Assembly: GCA_045105515.1 (NCBI GenBank)
Contig: JBGCDR010000407.1
Span: forward strand, 1 to 34,472
Source of the DNA: Oligoflexales bacterium
GTDB lineage: Bacteria > Bdellovibrionota_B > Oligoflexia > Oligoflexales > Bog-1112
Direction: 5' to 3'
DNA: 34,472 nucleotides
The notes under the pieces were generated by a model. It saw nothing but the letters and a program-made list of their open reading frames with translations. It searched no databases and was not told where the DNA came from. A program made the position numbers and the translations under genes. Positions 18,350 to 26,620 of this stretch are shown here, piece by piece. Position 1 is the first letter of the stretch, and the number at the start of each line of letters is the position of its first letter.

Positions 18350-19666
18350 TTGGAAACATCGACATTAATTAACCCCGAAAAAGCAATCTTACCAGCAATC
18401 TTGGTTGCAATTCAAAAAAATGGCGAAGATTATTCCCTTGAAGATGAGCTGGACGAACTAGAGTCTCTGCTTAACACCTTGAATATTAAAGCATCTGGTC
18501 GTGTGATCCAAAAACGACATAAGCTCTCAGCAAGCCACCTTCTCGGCATAGGGAAGGTTGAGGAAATTAAAAATCTGGCAGACCAAACAGGAGCAGGCTT
18601 GGTTGTTGTCGACCACCCCTTGAGCGGCCCTCAAGTTAGAAACCTTGAAAAAATCACAAACTGCCAGGTTCTGGACAGGGCAGGGATTATCCTTGATATT
18701 TTTGCCCGCCATGCAAAATCAAAGCAGGCAAAAACTCAGGTAGAAATAGCTCAGTTAGAGTACTTACTTCCGCGTTTAGCCGGAGCTTGGACCCACTTTC
18801 AAAGACAAACCGGTGGCGGAGTTAGAGCCAGGGGTATGGGTGAAAAGCAGATAGAAGTTGACCGCCGCAGAGCTCGTGAGCGCATAGCAAAGCTCTCAAA
18901 GCGCCTTGAACAGATAAAAAAAGAACGGGAAACCCAAAGAAAATTGCGCCAAAATGAGATCAAGGTTTCCATTGTTGGTTATACTAATAGTGGTAAAACT
19001 ACCCTCATGAAAAACCTAACTAAAGCAAATATTGCCGGAAAAGACGAGCTCTTTGCTACTTTAGATGCTAGTGTTAGAGCTCTGGACCCATCAACAAGAC
19101 CTAAGATTCTATTGAGCGATACAGTAGGCTTTATACGCAATTTACCGCACAGTTTGGTCGAGTCCTTCAAATCAACTCTGGAAGAAGTTTTGAATGCCGA
19201 CCTGCTGGTTCATGTTATAGATTTATCGCATCCGAATTATCATGCTCAAATGAAGACTACCGACGAGGTCCTCACTGAAATCGGAGCGGGCTCTATCCCC
19301 ATTTTGCTTGTTTTCAATAAGATTGATCTGGTAGACGAACGCTTCCTTGGAAAGATACTTCAGAAAAAATATAGCGGCAGCATTGCAATATCTGCCCATG
19401 ATTGGGAAGACGTAAAACGACTTAGGTCACATTTATTCAACTACTTTATGACAAAGTTTAGACAGATTAAACTCACAGTTCCTTCAAATGATAAATCTAG
19501 CTTATCTATTGTTTACCAATCCTGTATCATCTTGGACGCTAACTATGAGACTGAAGGGGTTGTCTCTTTTGATGTCAGAGCCCCTGAAACAGTGTTAGCT
19601 AGGCTTAGTAGGTTTCAAGACGTTGATCCAGGCTTATCGATTCCCCCTCACCACTCTTTGAACTGA
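18350..19666 (+). CDS. hflX: Ribosome-splitting GTPase HflX
   Basis: GKVEE, DR..IILDIFARHA, QVEIAQLEYLLPRL, RGMGEKQIEVDRR, G1 GYTNSGKT, LFATLD, DTVGF and NKID. Confidence 0.97.
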   Translation: METSTLINPEKAILPAILVAIQKNGEDYSLEDELDELESLLNTLNIKASGRVIQKRHKLSASHLLGIGKVEEIKNLADQTGAGLVVVDHPLSGPQVRNLEKITNCQVLDRAGIILDIFARHAKSKQAKTQVEIAQLEYLLPRLAGAWTHFQRQTGGGVRARGMGEKQIEVDRRRARERIAKLSKRLEQIKKERETQRKLRQNEIKVSIVGYTNSGKTTLMKNLTKANIAGKDELFATLDASVRALDPSTRPKILLSDTVGFIRNLPHSLVESFKSTLEEVLNADLLVHVIDLSHPNYHAQMKTTDEVLTEIGAGSIPILLVFNKIDLVDERFLGKILQKKYSGSIAISAHDWEDVKRLRSHLFNYFMTKFRQIKLTVPSNDKSSLSIVYQSCIILDANYETEGVVSFDVRAPETVLARLSRFQDVDPGLSIPPHHSLN

Positions 19667-19711
19667 AGCGCTAGAAGCTAATCCATTTAAAAGCATATCT
19701 AAGGAGCAGCC

Positions 19712-21055
19712 ATGAGTCGCATGATCGGTGTAGACGGTCAATACACAGGAATTCTTCAAGAAAAATCTTTAGAGTACTTAAACAACGCAGCTGACTCACT
19801 AAAGAATTTGCAGTCAGGTAACTGCTCTGGTGCAGAGTTTACCTCATGGTATCACTGGCCGAAAAATCAAGGTTTCGAACTCCTCCAACAGATCGAGCAT
19901 TGGAAATCTGGCTATGACACAATTTATGACACAGTGGTCGTTTGTGGCATAGGAGGTTCCTATGCTGGAACCTTAGCTGTAGAGCAAGCTCTTAATCATA
20001 GCCATGCACATCTGCTCGAGGGGACAGGTAAAAATCAGGGAAAAAAAAGCATTATGTATGCAGGGCACAACCTCTCTGAAACAGGGCTCATTGAGCTTTT
20101 AGACGCCCTAGAACTTAAACTCCCTATCATCAATATCATTAGTAAGTCAGGTACCACCACTGAACCAAGCGTTGCCTTTAGGGTCTTATATTCTTACCTA
20201 CAGGAGCGTTTTGGAAAAGAAGAGGCCAAGCAAAGAATTGTTGTGACCACAGATACCCATAAAGGGGTGTTAAGGGAGCTTGCGAACGAAAATAGGTTTC
20301 CGAGTTTTTCTATTCCTGATGGGGTTGGAGGGCGCTTTTCTATACTAACTGCTGTAGGAATGGTGCCCCTTTGTCTAGCAGGATATCCAGTTGAAGAGCT
20401 CACAGAAGGAGCTGACGTTTTGTTCACAAGCCTTGATCCCGAAAACCTGAGTAGCGAACACCCTTGTTTGCAATTAGCAGCTACTCGCAGAGCCGCTTGG
20501 GACCAGGGTAAAACTATAGATATCCTATCCTATGGAGAGCCCAAGCTAAACGGTTTGGTCGAATGGTGGAAACAATTATTCGGGGAATCCGAAGGCAAGG
20601 AAGGTAAAGGCCTTTTTCCAGCAGGAATGATATACTCCACAGACCTGCACTCATTGGGACAGTTTCTTCAAGAAGGTAACCCCTGCATCCTTGAGACATT
20701 TTTGTTTATAGATTCACAAAGGACCTCAGGAAACCAGGTCGAAAAGAGGCTCAAAGTTCCAAGCTTTTCTTTGGGTGATGACAAATTGCAGTATCTTGAA
20801 GGAAAGTACATTTCAGAAATCAGCACAGCAGCGATGAAAGCAGCTCTGGAAGCACACAGCGAACGTGGAGTCCCTTGTATATCTCTGAGCATTCCCTCTC
20901 TATCCCCTTACTATATAGGGCAAATGCTAGCGTTTTTTGAGGTAGTTTGTGCTGTCAGCGCTTTACTACTTGATGTAAACCCCTTTAATCAAGAAGGGGT
21001 CGAGGCGTACAAAACCAATTTATTTAGAATCATGGGTAGGCCAGGGTTCAAATAG
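19712..21055 (+). CDS. pgi: Glucose-6-phosphate isomerase (short, about 450 aa type)
   Basis: GIGGSY, SKSGTTTE, VGGRFS, EWWKQLFGESEGK, DLHSLGQ and NPFNQEGVEAYK; AAGGAG RBS. Confidence 0.96.
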   Translation: MSRMIGVDGQYTGILQEKSLEYLNNAADSLKNLQSGNCSGAEFTSWYHWPKNQGFELLQQIEHWKSGYDTIYDTVVVCGIGGSYAGTLAVEQALNHSHAHLLEGTGKNQGKKSIMYAGHNLSETGLIELLDALELKLPIINIISKSGTTTEPSVAFRVLYSYLQERFGKEEAKQRIVVTTDTHKGVLRELANENRFPSFSIPDGVGGRFSILTAVGMVPLCLAGYPVEELTEGADVLFTSLDPENLSSEHPCLQLAATRRAAWDQGKTIDILSYGEPKLNGLVEWWKQLFGESEGKEGKGLFPAGMIYSTDLHSLGQFLQEGNPCILETFLFIDSQRTSGNQVEKRLKVPSFSLGDDKLQYLEGKYISEISTAAMKAALEAHSERGVPCISLSIPSLSPYYIGQMLAFFEVVCAVSALLLDVNPFNQEGVEAYKTNLFRIMGRPGFK

Positions 21056-21058
21056 GTT

Positions 21059-21490
21059 TTATGATTTTTCTGTCTGTTTCGCCTGTTCCATAAATTCACT
21101 GCGATATAACTCGGTCTTGTGCTGAACGTCAGAGATAACTTCACTCATGATTGTGGTTTCCCATTGATCACCTTTAAGGCTATTACGCAGATCACCCAAC
21201 CACATGTCTAGTTTTTCAATATACTTTTCAGCACTTTCAGATTTAGAGTTAAAGAACCCTCCAATCAAATGCTCAAGCCATGCGTCTTTATCTTTGTTGA
21301 GCAAATTAACCAGTTGATTCAATTTTTTGGTAGCATCTTCATCCTGCCAGCCTCCTGAAACCCGAAAAGGAAAATTCAAGCTATCCTCTTTATGGAGCCA
21401 TATTTTGGAGTTATTGGCGACCTGCACAACCACATAGTCACTTGGTGACGCACCATGAAACCCATCAGGTCTTTTCCAAATTACCTTCAT
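21059..21490 (-). CDS. Hypothetical protein (143 aa)
   Basis: ATG with GGAG RBS; Trp-rich globular N-half and helical C-half; no recognisable family. Confidence 0.8.
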   Translation of the reverse strand: MKVIWKRPDGFHGASPSDYVVVQVANNSKIWLHKEDSLNFPFRVSGGWQDEDATKKLNQLVNLLNKDKDAWLEHLIGGFFNSKSESAEKYIEKLDMWLGDLRNSLKGDQWETTIMSEVISDVQHKTELYRSEFMEQAKQTEKS

Positions 21491-21649
21491 TCATTGCTCT
21501 CCATTTTTTATTCTAGGTCAATAGACTCCCTGCCGAGGCTAGATTGTCTAAAGATGCTATCTGTAATTTTTAGATGACAAAGAGCTAATTCGTCAAGCGC
21601 CCCTTTTATTTTCTGAGAATTACGCTAACTATTTGGCTGACCAGTCATA

Positions 21650-21679
21650 AAAAAAGCCATGGCATGCCATGGCTTTTTT
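21650..21679. terminator. Intrinsic (potentially bidirectional) terminator
   Basis: AAAAAA-GCCATGGCATGCCATGGC-TTTTTT, a perfect 30-bp palindrome 36 nt downstream of the lipoprotein gene's stop. Confidence 0.85.
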
Positions 21680-21715
21680 CTTCAAGTTAAGTGAAGTATC
21701 ACTAGGACCTTATTT

Positions 21716-23194
21716 TCATAGTCCCCAGCCTTCTAAGTCTTCAAATTCATTTTGAGTAAGTTGAAACTGAGTCTCATCCTTAGGCTGAAACTGAATCTCA
21801 TCTTTAGGTTGAAGATGTCTAGCAGCTGTTTCGATGCTGATGTCTTGAATCACCTCTTTACTGCGCGCGAGCCACTCTGAATCCTCATAGTCACCGCCTT
21901 TACAATTTCCATATTGCTCTTCCACGATTTCATAGTTTTGATTTAGCCTCGTCTCAAAGCACAAGTTACGGTAACGCTTAAAAACAAAATACTTTTTGTA
22001 TTGCACTCCGATCTTTCCTTTAATTACCAGATCATCATTTTCTACATGCCAATCAATTGGAGAAAATTTAATCTTATTCCCATTAGCATATAGAACTTTT
22101 TCAGGTCCATTCAATGCGATTTCCATAATTAAGGGAAAGTTCTCTCTTTGGTCGCGTGTGAATTTTTCACGAATAATTTTTCTTAAGTCTCTATTAACCG
22201 TATGCTTATAGTTTTCAACAAAAACACTTTGGCAACGTTGCTGTATCTGCTCAGGTGTTTCCCCTTCCCTAATGGTAAAGAACTTACTCGAAGAGTTAAG
22301 TACTGTAGTTTTTCCCTTAGCGATATTTGTATAGTTGGTAATACCTGAGCTTGAACCTGGTATAAATTTTGGAGACAAGGATACACTCGTAGCTCCTGCA
22401 ACAGAATTTGATACACTAGTAGTATAATTACAAATTGCTACAAATGATTTACCTTCTTCGAAAGCAAGGGTTCCATCATCATTAAAAAGTAGTGTATCTT
22501 TTTTAGGAGCATGCTTAATAAAATCAACCCCAGATGCATACTCGACCCCAACTTTAGTTTCAGTTGCTCCAGCTCCTCCAACACCCCAAATATTTCCACC
22601 CACAGCAACAGTTAGCAGATTTGAAGTGATTAATGAACTTGCAATGCTCATACCTTTTCTTGGTCTCTTAGGCCAACCAGGGCCATCATATTCTGCATTA
22701 AGCAAACGATCAGATTCGGATAGATAAGGTTCAACTTTTAGCTCTTCATCATCTAATTTGCATGCACTTGGACTTACTTCTGTAATTCGTCTTCCAATGT
22801 TCACCATGTCATCTTCAACTTTACACTTCTTAGAATCATAGATCACGTTATCATCATCATCTAGATAAACTGTACGAACCTCATACTCACCAAATTCTAA
22901 TGGTATTGCAAGAGGAATAAGATCATCACTTACTTGAATCTCTTTTTCTTCTCTTAGTGTATTTCCTTCCTTATCAACAATTTTGAGCTTAACCGTTTTG
23001 ATATCTGCTGGAATTTCCTTGAATTTAACTACTAGATTTCCCATTTTGGAAATTCCAGGTTCATTACTTATGGAAAAACCTACAGCTTGTGGTTTAGATT
23101 TTGTTGATGTTTCAATATCGAAATCCGACATTGGATCTCCACATCCAAAGCAATATAAAAGGAAAATCCAAACCATAAAGTTCTTAAAGATCAT
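21716..23194 (-). CDS. Hypothetical lipoprotein (492 aa) with Gly/Ser/Thr-rich beta-hairpin-like segments
   Basis: AGGAGG RBS; signal MIFKNFMVWIFLLYCFG-C (lipobox-like); beta-rich N-domain, Cys pairs and a C-terminal 8-aa repeat. Confidence 0.85.
   Translation of the reverse strand: MIFKNFMVWIFLLYCFGCGDPMSDFDIETSTKSKPQAVGFSISNEPGISKMGNLVVKFKEIPADIKTVKLKIVDKEGNTLREEKEIQVSDDLIPLAIPLEFGEYEVRTVYLDDDDNVIYDSKKCKVEDDMVNIGRRITEVSPSACKLDDEELKVEPYLSESDRLLNAEYDGPGWPKRPRKGMSIASSLITSNLLTVAVGGNIWGVGGAGATETKVGVEYASGVDFIKHAPKKDTLLFNDDGTLAFEEGKSFVAICNYTTSVSNSVAGATSVSLSPKFIPGSSSGITNYTNIAKGKTTVLNSSSKFFTIREGETPEQIQQRCQSVFVENYKHTVNRDLRKIIREKFTRDQRENFPLIMEIALNGPEKVLYANGNKIKFSPIDWHVENDDLVIKGKIGVQYKKYFVFKRYRNLCFETRLNQNYEIVEEQYGNCKGGDYEDSEWLARSKEVIQDISIETAARHLQPKDEIQFQPKDETQFQLTQNEFEDLEGWGL
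21762..21809. repeat. 2 x 24-bp tandem repeat encoding QPKDEIQF/QPKDETQF
   Basis: TGAAACTGAGTCTCATCCTTAGGC followed by TGAAACTGAATCTCATCTTTAGGT (21/24 identical). Confidence 0.85.
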
Positions 23195-23494
23195 TAAAAA
23201 TCCTCCTGGGGTTGTAGTCCGTATTAAAATTAATAAAGTTCAGTCAAATTTAAATGCGATTAAAACAGCTATTATAAAAGATGTCAAGAATTAATAACGA
23301 TAATTCGTGTATAATATTTCACATGTAAGCAACTGCCTAATATTATAGTTTATTATTTATTTAAAAAACGAAATATCGATAACTATTTAATATTTTTAGA
23401 TTTTCAAATCACTCATGTGTATACATTTTTGACGTTTGCAAAAAAAATGCATAAATTGATAAAAACGAAAATCAGATATTTTGGGTACTTATAT

Positions 23495-23511
23495 TTGGCA
23501 TTCTTCTTGCT
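23495..23511 (+). promoter_or_regulatory. Sigma54 (-24/-12) promoter for the 23549 gene
   Basis: TTGGCATTCTTCTTGCT has exact GG-N10-GC spacing and matches TGGCA(C/T)N5TTGCW; it ends 37 nt upstream of the ATG. Confidence 0.75.
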
Positions 23512-23548
23512 CTTTGCTATTGAAAGATAATATACAGGAATTGACATT

Positions 23549-23935
23549 ATGAGTCTGGTAAAGGAAAAAATTAAAAGCATAAACAAAAAAATTTGGTGGA
23601 TTTCACTGATGTTCGGTTGCTACTTATTTCCAATGGCAACACAAAGCTATGCTAAAGAGAGGATTATTCCCAAGATCATAAAATGTGCAGTACCGAAATC
23701 CAAAAAAGGAAAGGTTTGTATCATCGAAACTGATAAGGGTGTAAAGGGAACCAGAGTGTCCATCTACAATCAAAACCACTACTGGATTGCAACTGGTAAA
23801 ATATACAAGCGCAAGGGCAATAAAGCTGTAGTCGTTATGAAACACACTATCCAACCGATTTTTCCCACTTACTCAATCGAGGTAGGAAAAGCAACTCCCT
23901 GGAAACAGTCATTCTCCAATTATGACTCTTGGTAA
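23549..23935 (+). CDS. Small basic secreted hypothetical protein
   Basis: AGGA RBS; signal peptide ending QSYA|KE; Lys-rich, beta-rich mature part with two Cys; has its own promoter and terminator. Confidence 0.8.
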   Translation: MSLVKEKIKSINKKIWWISLMFGCYLFPMATQSYAKERIIPKIIKCAVPKSKKGKVCIIETDKGVKGTRVSIYNQNHYWIATGKIYKRKGNKAVVVMKHTIQPIFPTYSIEVGKATPWKQSFSNYDSW

Positions 23936-23943
23936 AAACTTAC

Positions 23944-23975
23944 CTCCCAATCAATTATTTGATTGGGAGCTTTTA
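23944..23975 (+). terminator. Intrinsic terminator
   Basis: CTCCCAATCAA-TTAT-TTGATTGGGAG (11-bp perfect stem) followed by CTTTTA, 8 nt after the stop codon. Confidence 0.75.
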
Positions 23976-24124
23976 TCTCAACTCGCGCCTAAATAACCTA
24001 AGCTTCTGTCTCCAGACTTAAGTCAAGGGTTCCCAAAAACAACAATGTGGGATATAGTACTCTTTGTATCTTTTGATGCAAAAAATCGAGCCACTTTCCA
24101 GCTCACAATAAGTCTAGCCTATAA

Positions 24125-24140
24125 TGGCACTTTTTTTGCT
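24125..24140 (+). promoter_or_regulatory. Sigma54 (-24/-12) promoter for the kinase-activator operon
   Basis: TGGCACTTTTTTTGCT is a full match to TGGCAC-N5-TTGCT, ending 55 nt upstream of ATG 24196. Confidence 0.8.
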
Positions 24141-24195
24141 AATGATAGCCGATCCCTTTGTTGAGGGATCGACAATATGCAACATTGGAAGACTT

Positions 24196-24945
24196 ATGCA
24201 TTCGCCCAAAAGAAAAATAGATGCTAGAACCCTGTTGTTAGCACAGCAGATGGTTCACACTTGGTCGAGTTCAGTGGCTGATAGAATATTAAATCCCATT
24301 GCTGGTATTCAGGCAGCATTAGAGATCATTCGCAAACAGATAGCTTTTGAAGGGTTCAAGCCTGACGCTGAAGGCAAGAGTGAAATGGTTCTCAAAGCTA
24401 TTGAGCATAGCTATAACAACATTTTTTTACTTGAAGACTATGTGAGAGATCTCATGGAGTACTCTGCCCCTCTGAACCTCTCAGCGAAAACATATGCTTC
24501 AGATTTTCTTATCAATGAAGGCTTAGCATATTTGCAAACTGGGAAGTTCAAAAAAAACACTTCCGATTTGCACTTCAAAATCGATAACCCACAGATAAAT
24601 TGCGATCTCAAATCTTTCCTCTACGCTTTCAAAGCACTTGTCCACAATTCATTCGAAGCGACTCCACTTGGGAGCAAACCGAAGGTTGAAGTTTGTGTAA
24701 AAAAATTTCGCTGGCAAAGCAAAGAAAAGTATGGAGCTGTCTTACAAATAACTGATAAAGGAAAAGGTTTTTCTCCAGAAGCCATTGAAAGCGGAAAAAA
24801 TGCTTTTTGGACTACCAAGGAAGCTAGCTCAGGAATGGGTCTTACCAATGTTCAGAAGATAGCAAACGCCCATCAAGGTCGCTTAAAGATTAGTAATCCT
24901 AGTGGTGGTGGGGCCCGAGTCTCTGTCTATTTCCCAAAAACTTAA
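24196..24945 (+). CDS. Sensor-less histidine kinase-like protein lacking the phosphoacceptor His
   Basis: H-box reads VADRILNPIAGI (canonical VAHEIRNPL). HATPase N box HNSFEA, G1 DKGKGF, F box AFWTTK and G2 SGMGL are present. Start set at ATG 24196 because the ORF-track ATG at 24124 overlaps the sigma54 promoter. Confidence 0.85.
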   Translation: MHSPKRKIDARTLLLAQQMVHTWSSSVADRILNPIAGIQAALEIIRKQIAFEGFKPDAEGKSEMVLKAIEHSYNNIFLLEDYVRDLMEYSAPLNLSAKTYASDFLINEGLAYLQTGKFKKNTSDLHFKIDNPQINCDLKSFLYAFKALVHNSFEATPLGSKPKVEVCVKKFRWQSKEKYGAVLQITDKGKGFSPEAIESGKNAFWTTKEASSGMGLTNVQKIANAHQGRLKISNPSGGGARVSVYFPKT

Positions 24946-24960
24946 AATCAGGAGTATGAC

Positions 24961-26454
24961 TTGCCTAAACATATCAAGACGGCTTTATCAGGCCTAAAAG
25001 TACTACTCGTGGATGATGAAGATCTGTTAGCTTGGAGCATTGAAACTGAGCTACACAACTTAAAGATGCAGGTTGCACGAGCTGCATCAATCAGTGAAGC
25101 ACTCGCGAAATTCCCGAAATTCCAAGCAGATATCGCCATCTGTGACCTCCGGCTTCCTGACGGTAATGGTTTGGATTTATTAAAAAAATGGCACCATGAC
25201 CACCCACAAATGCCAGTAATCTTGATCACAGCTCATGGAGCGATAGACTCAGCAATAACAGCGATTCGCTTGGGGGCCTTTGATTACCTGCAAAAGCCTT
25301 TTGACATGAAGGACTTGATCGCAGCCCTTCAACGTGCTGGTGAGGTATCTTACCTTCGGCAAAAGGTTCGAAAAATGGCTGGCAAGGAACTTGATACCAG
25401 TAGTGTTGAAATCATAGGACATGCAATAGAAACTCAAAAATTAAAAAAACGACTCGAACTCATTGCCCAAAGCAAAGCAGATACTGCAATGATTTGCGGG
25501 GAAAGTGGCGTGGGCAAAGAACTTGCAGCTCAAGCCATCCATCAATGGTCTTCCCGCTTTGATCAACCCTTCGTTGAGATTAACTGCGCCAGTATACCTG
25601 AATCATTACTTGAAAGTGAGTTATTTGGGCATGAAAAAGGTGCTTTTACCGATGCCAGAGAACGTAAACTAGGCTTGTTTGAAATCGGCCAAAACGGGAC
25701 TATTTTCCTTGATGAGATTGGAGAAATGCCTCCCAAACTACAAGCTAAGCTTTTGCGAGTTTTAGAAGTTAAACGCTTTCGCAGACTTGGAGGGGTAAAG
25801 GAAATAGCTGTTCATGCACGCATCGTAGTAGCGACAAATCGCGACTTAAAACGCATGATACAGACTGATGATTTTCGCACCGATCTTTATTTTCGCCTAA
25901 ATGTACTTCCAGTTTATATTCCACCTCTACGAGAGAGAAGAGAAGATGTAAAAATCTTAAGTAAGCATTTTCTGGAAAAGTTAAGCAGAGACCTGGAAAT
26001 TGAAAAGCCACAATTACCTGCAGCCACTATTTCTCACCTTTGCAAGTATTCCTGGCCTGGCAATATCCGGGAATTACGTAACTGTTTACAGAGAGCCTTA
26101 ATCTTACATGAACCAGAAGTTTTAGAGCCTGAGCATTTGGAATTCGATTTTCAATGGACAGAGTTATCCCCACCTCAACCTGATCATTTAGCTAGTATAA
26201 AATTTCCAGGTTCCAATAATGATACCATAAAGCGTATGAGTACATTTGATACAGTTTCAGCAAAACAAAACAATAGTTTTCCTCTTCCTAATCAAGGGCT
26301 ATGCTTAGACAAAGTAGAGAAAAATTTTATTTCGCAAGCTTTGGAAAAAGCAAAATTTAATCAGACAAAGGCAGCGCAGCTCCTTGGAATTTCCAGACAT
26401 ACCCTCCGGTATCGGCTTGAAAAACACGCCATGCAACACCTATTAAAAAACTAA
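24961..26454 (+). CDS. Sigma54-dependent response regulator (NtrC/AtoC family: REC-AAA+-Fis HTH)
   Basis: REC LVDDE/ICDLRLPDGNG/ITAHG/QKPF; Walker A GESGVGKE; GAFTDA; FLDEIGE; RTDLYFRL; WPGNIREL; HTH NQTKAAQLLGISRHTLRYRL. TTG start with AGGAG RBS. Confidence 0.96.
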   Translation: MPKHIKTALSGLKVLLVDDEDLLAWSIETELHNLKMQVARAASISEALAKFPKFQADIAICDLRLPDGNGLDLLKKWHHDHPQMPVILITAHGAIDSAITAIRLGAFDYLQKPFDMKDLIAALQRAGEVSYLRQKVRKMAGKELDTSSVEIIGHAIETQKLKKRLELIAQSKADTAMICGESGVGKELAAQAIHQWSSRFDQPFVEINCASIPESLLESELFGHEKGAFTDARERKLGLFEIGQNGTIFLDEIGEMPPKLQAKLLRVLEVKRFRRLGGVKEIAVHARIVVATNRDLKRMIQTDDFRTDLYFRLNVLPVYIPPLRERREDVKILSKHFLEKLSRDLEIEKPQLPAATISHLCKYSWPGNIRELRNCLQRALILHEPEVLEPEHLEFDFQWTELSPPQPDHLASIKFPGSNNDTIKRMSTFDTVSAKQNNSFPLPNQGLCLDKVEKNFISQALEKAKFNQTKAAQLLGISRHTLRYRLEKHAMQHLLKN

Positions 26455-26620
26455 TGTTTCCTGTTTTTGCAGAAAATACCTTCCTTATAGCTATTAAAAT
26501 TACCCCTAAGATTTATCTCTCAAAATCAAATGAACTTGATTTTATATAGATTTCATTGCAAATAAGTATCAAAGGTTCGCTCTAGTTTGATAAAAAAAGA
26601 AAAAAGTGACAGGATTAAAT

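Noticed and set aside
24124..24195. N-terminal 24 aa of the kinase ORF
   Set aside because: It overlaps the sigma54 promoter and leader hairpin; ATG 24196 is more plausible.
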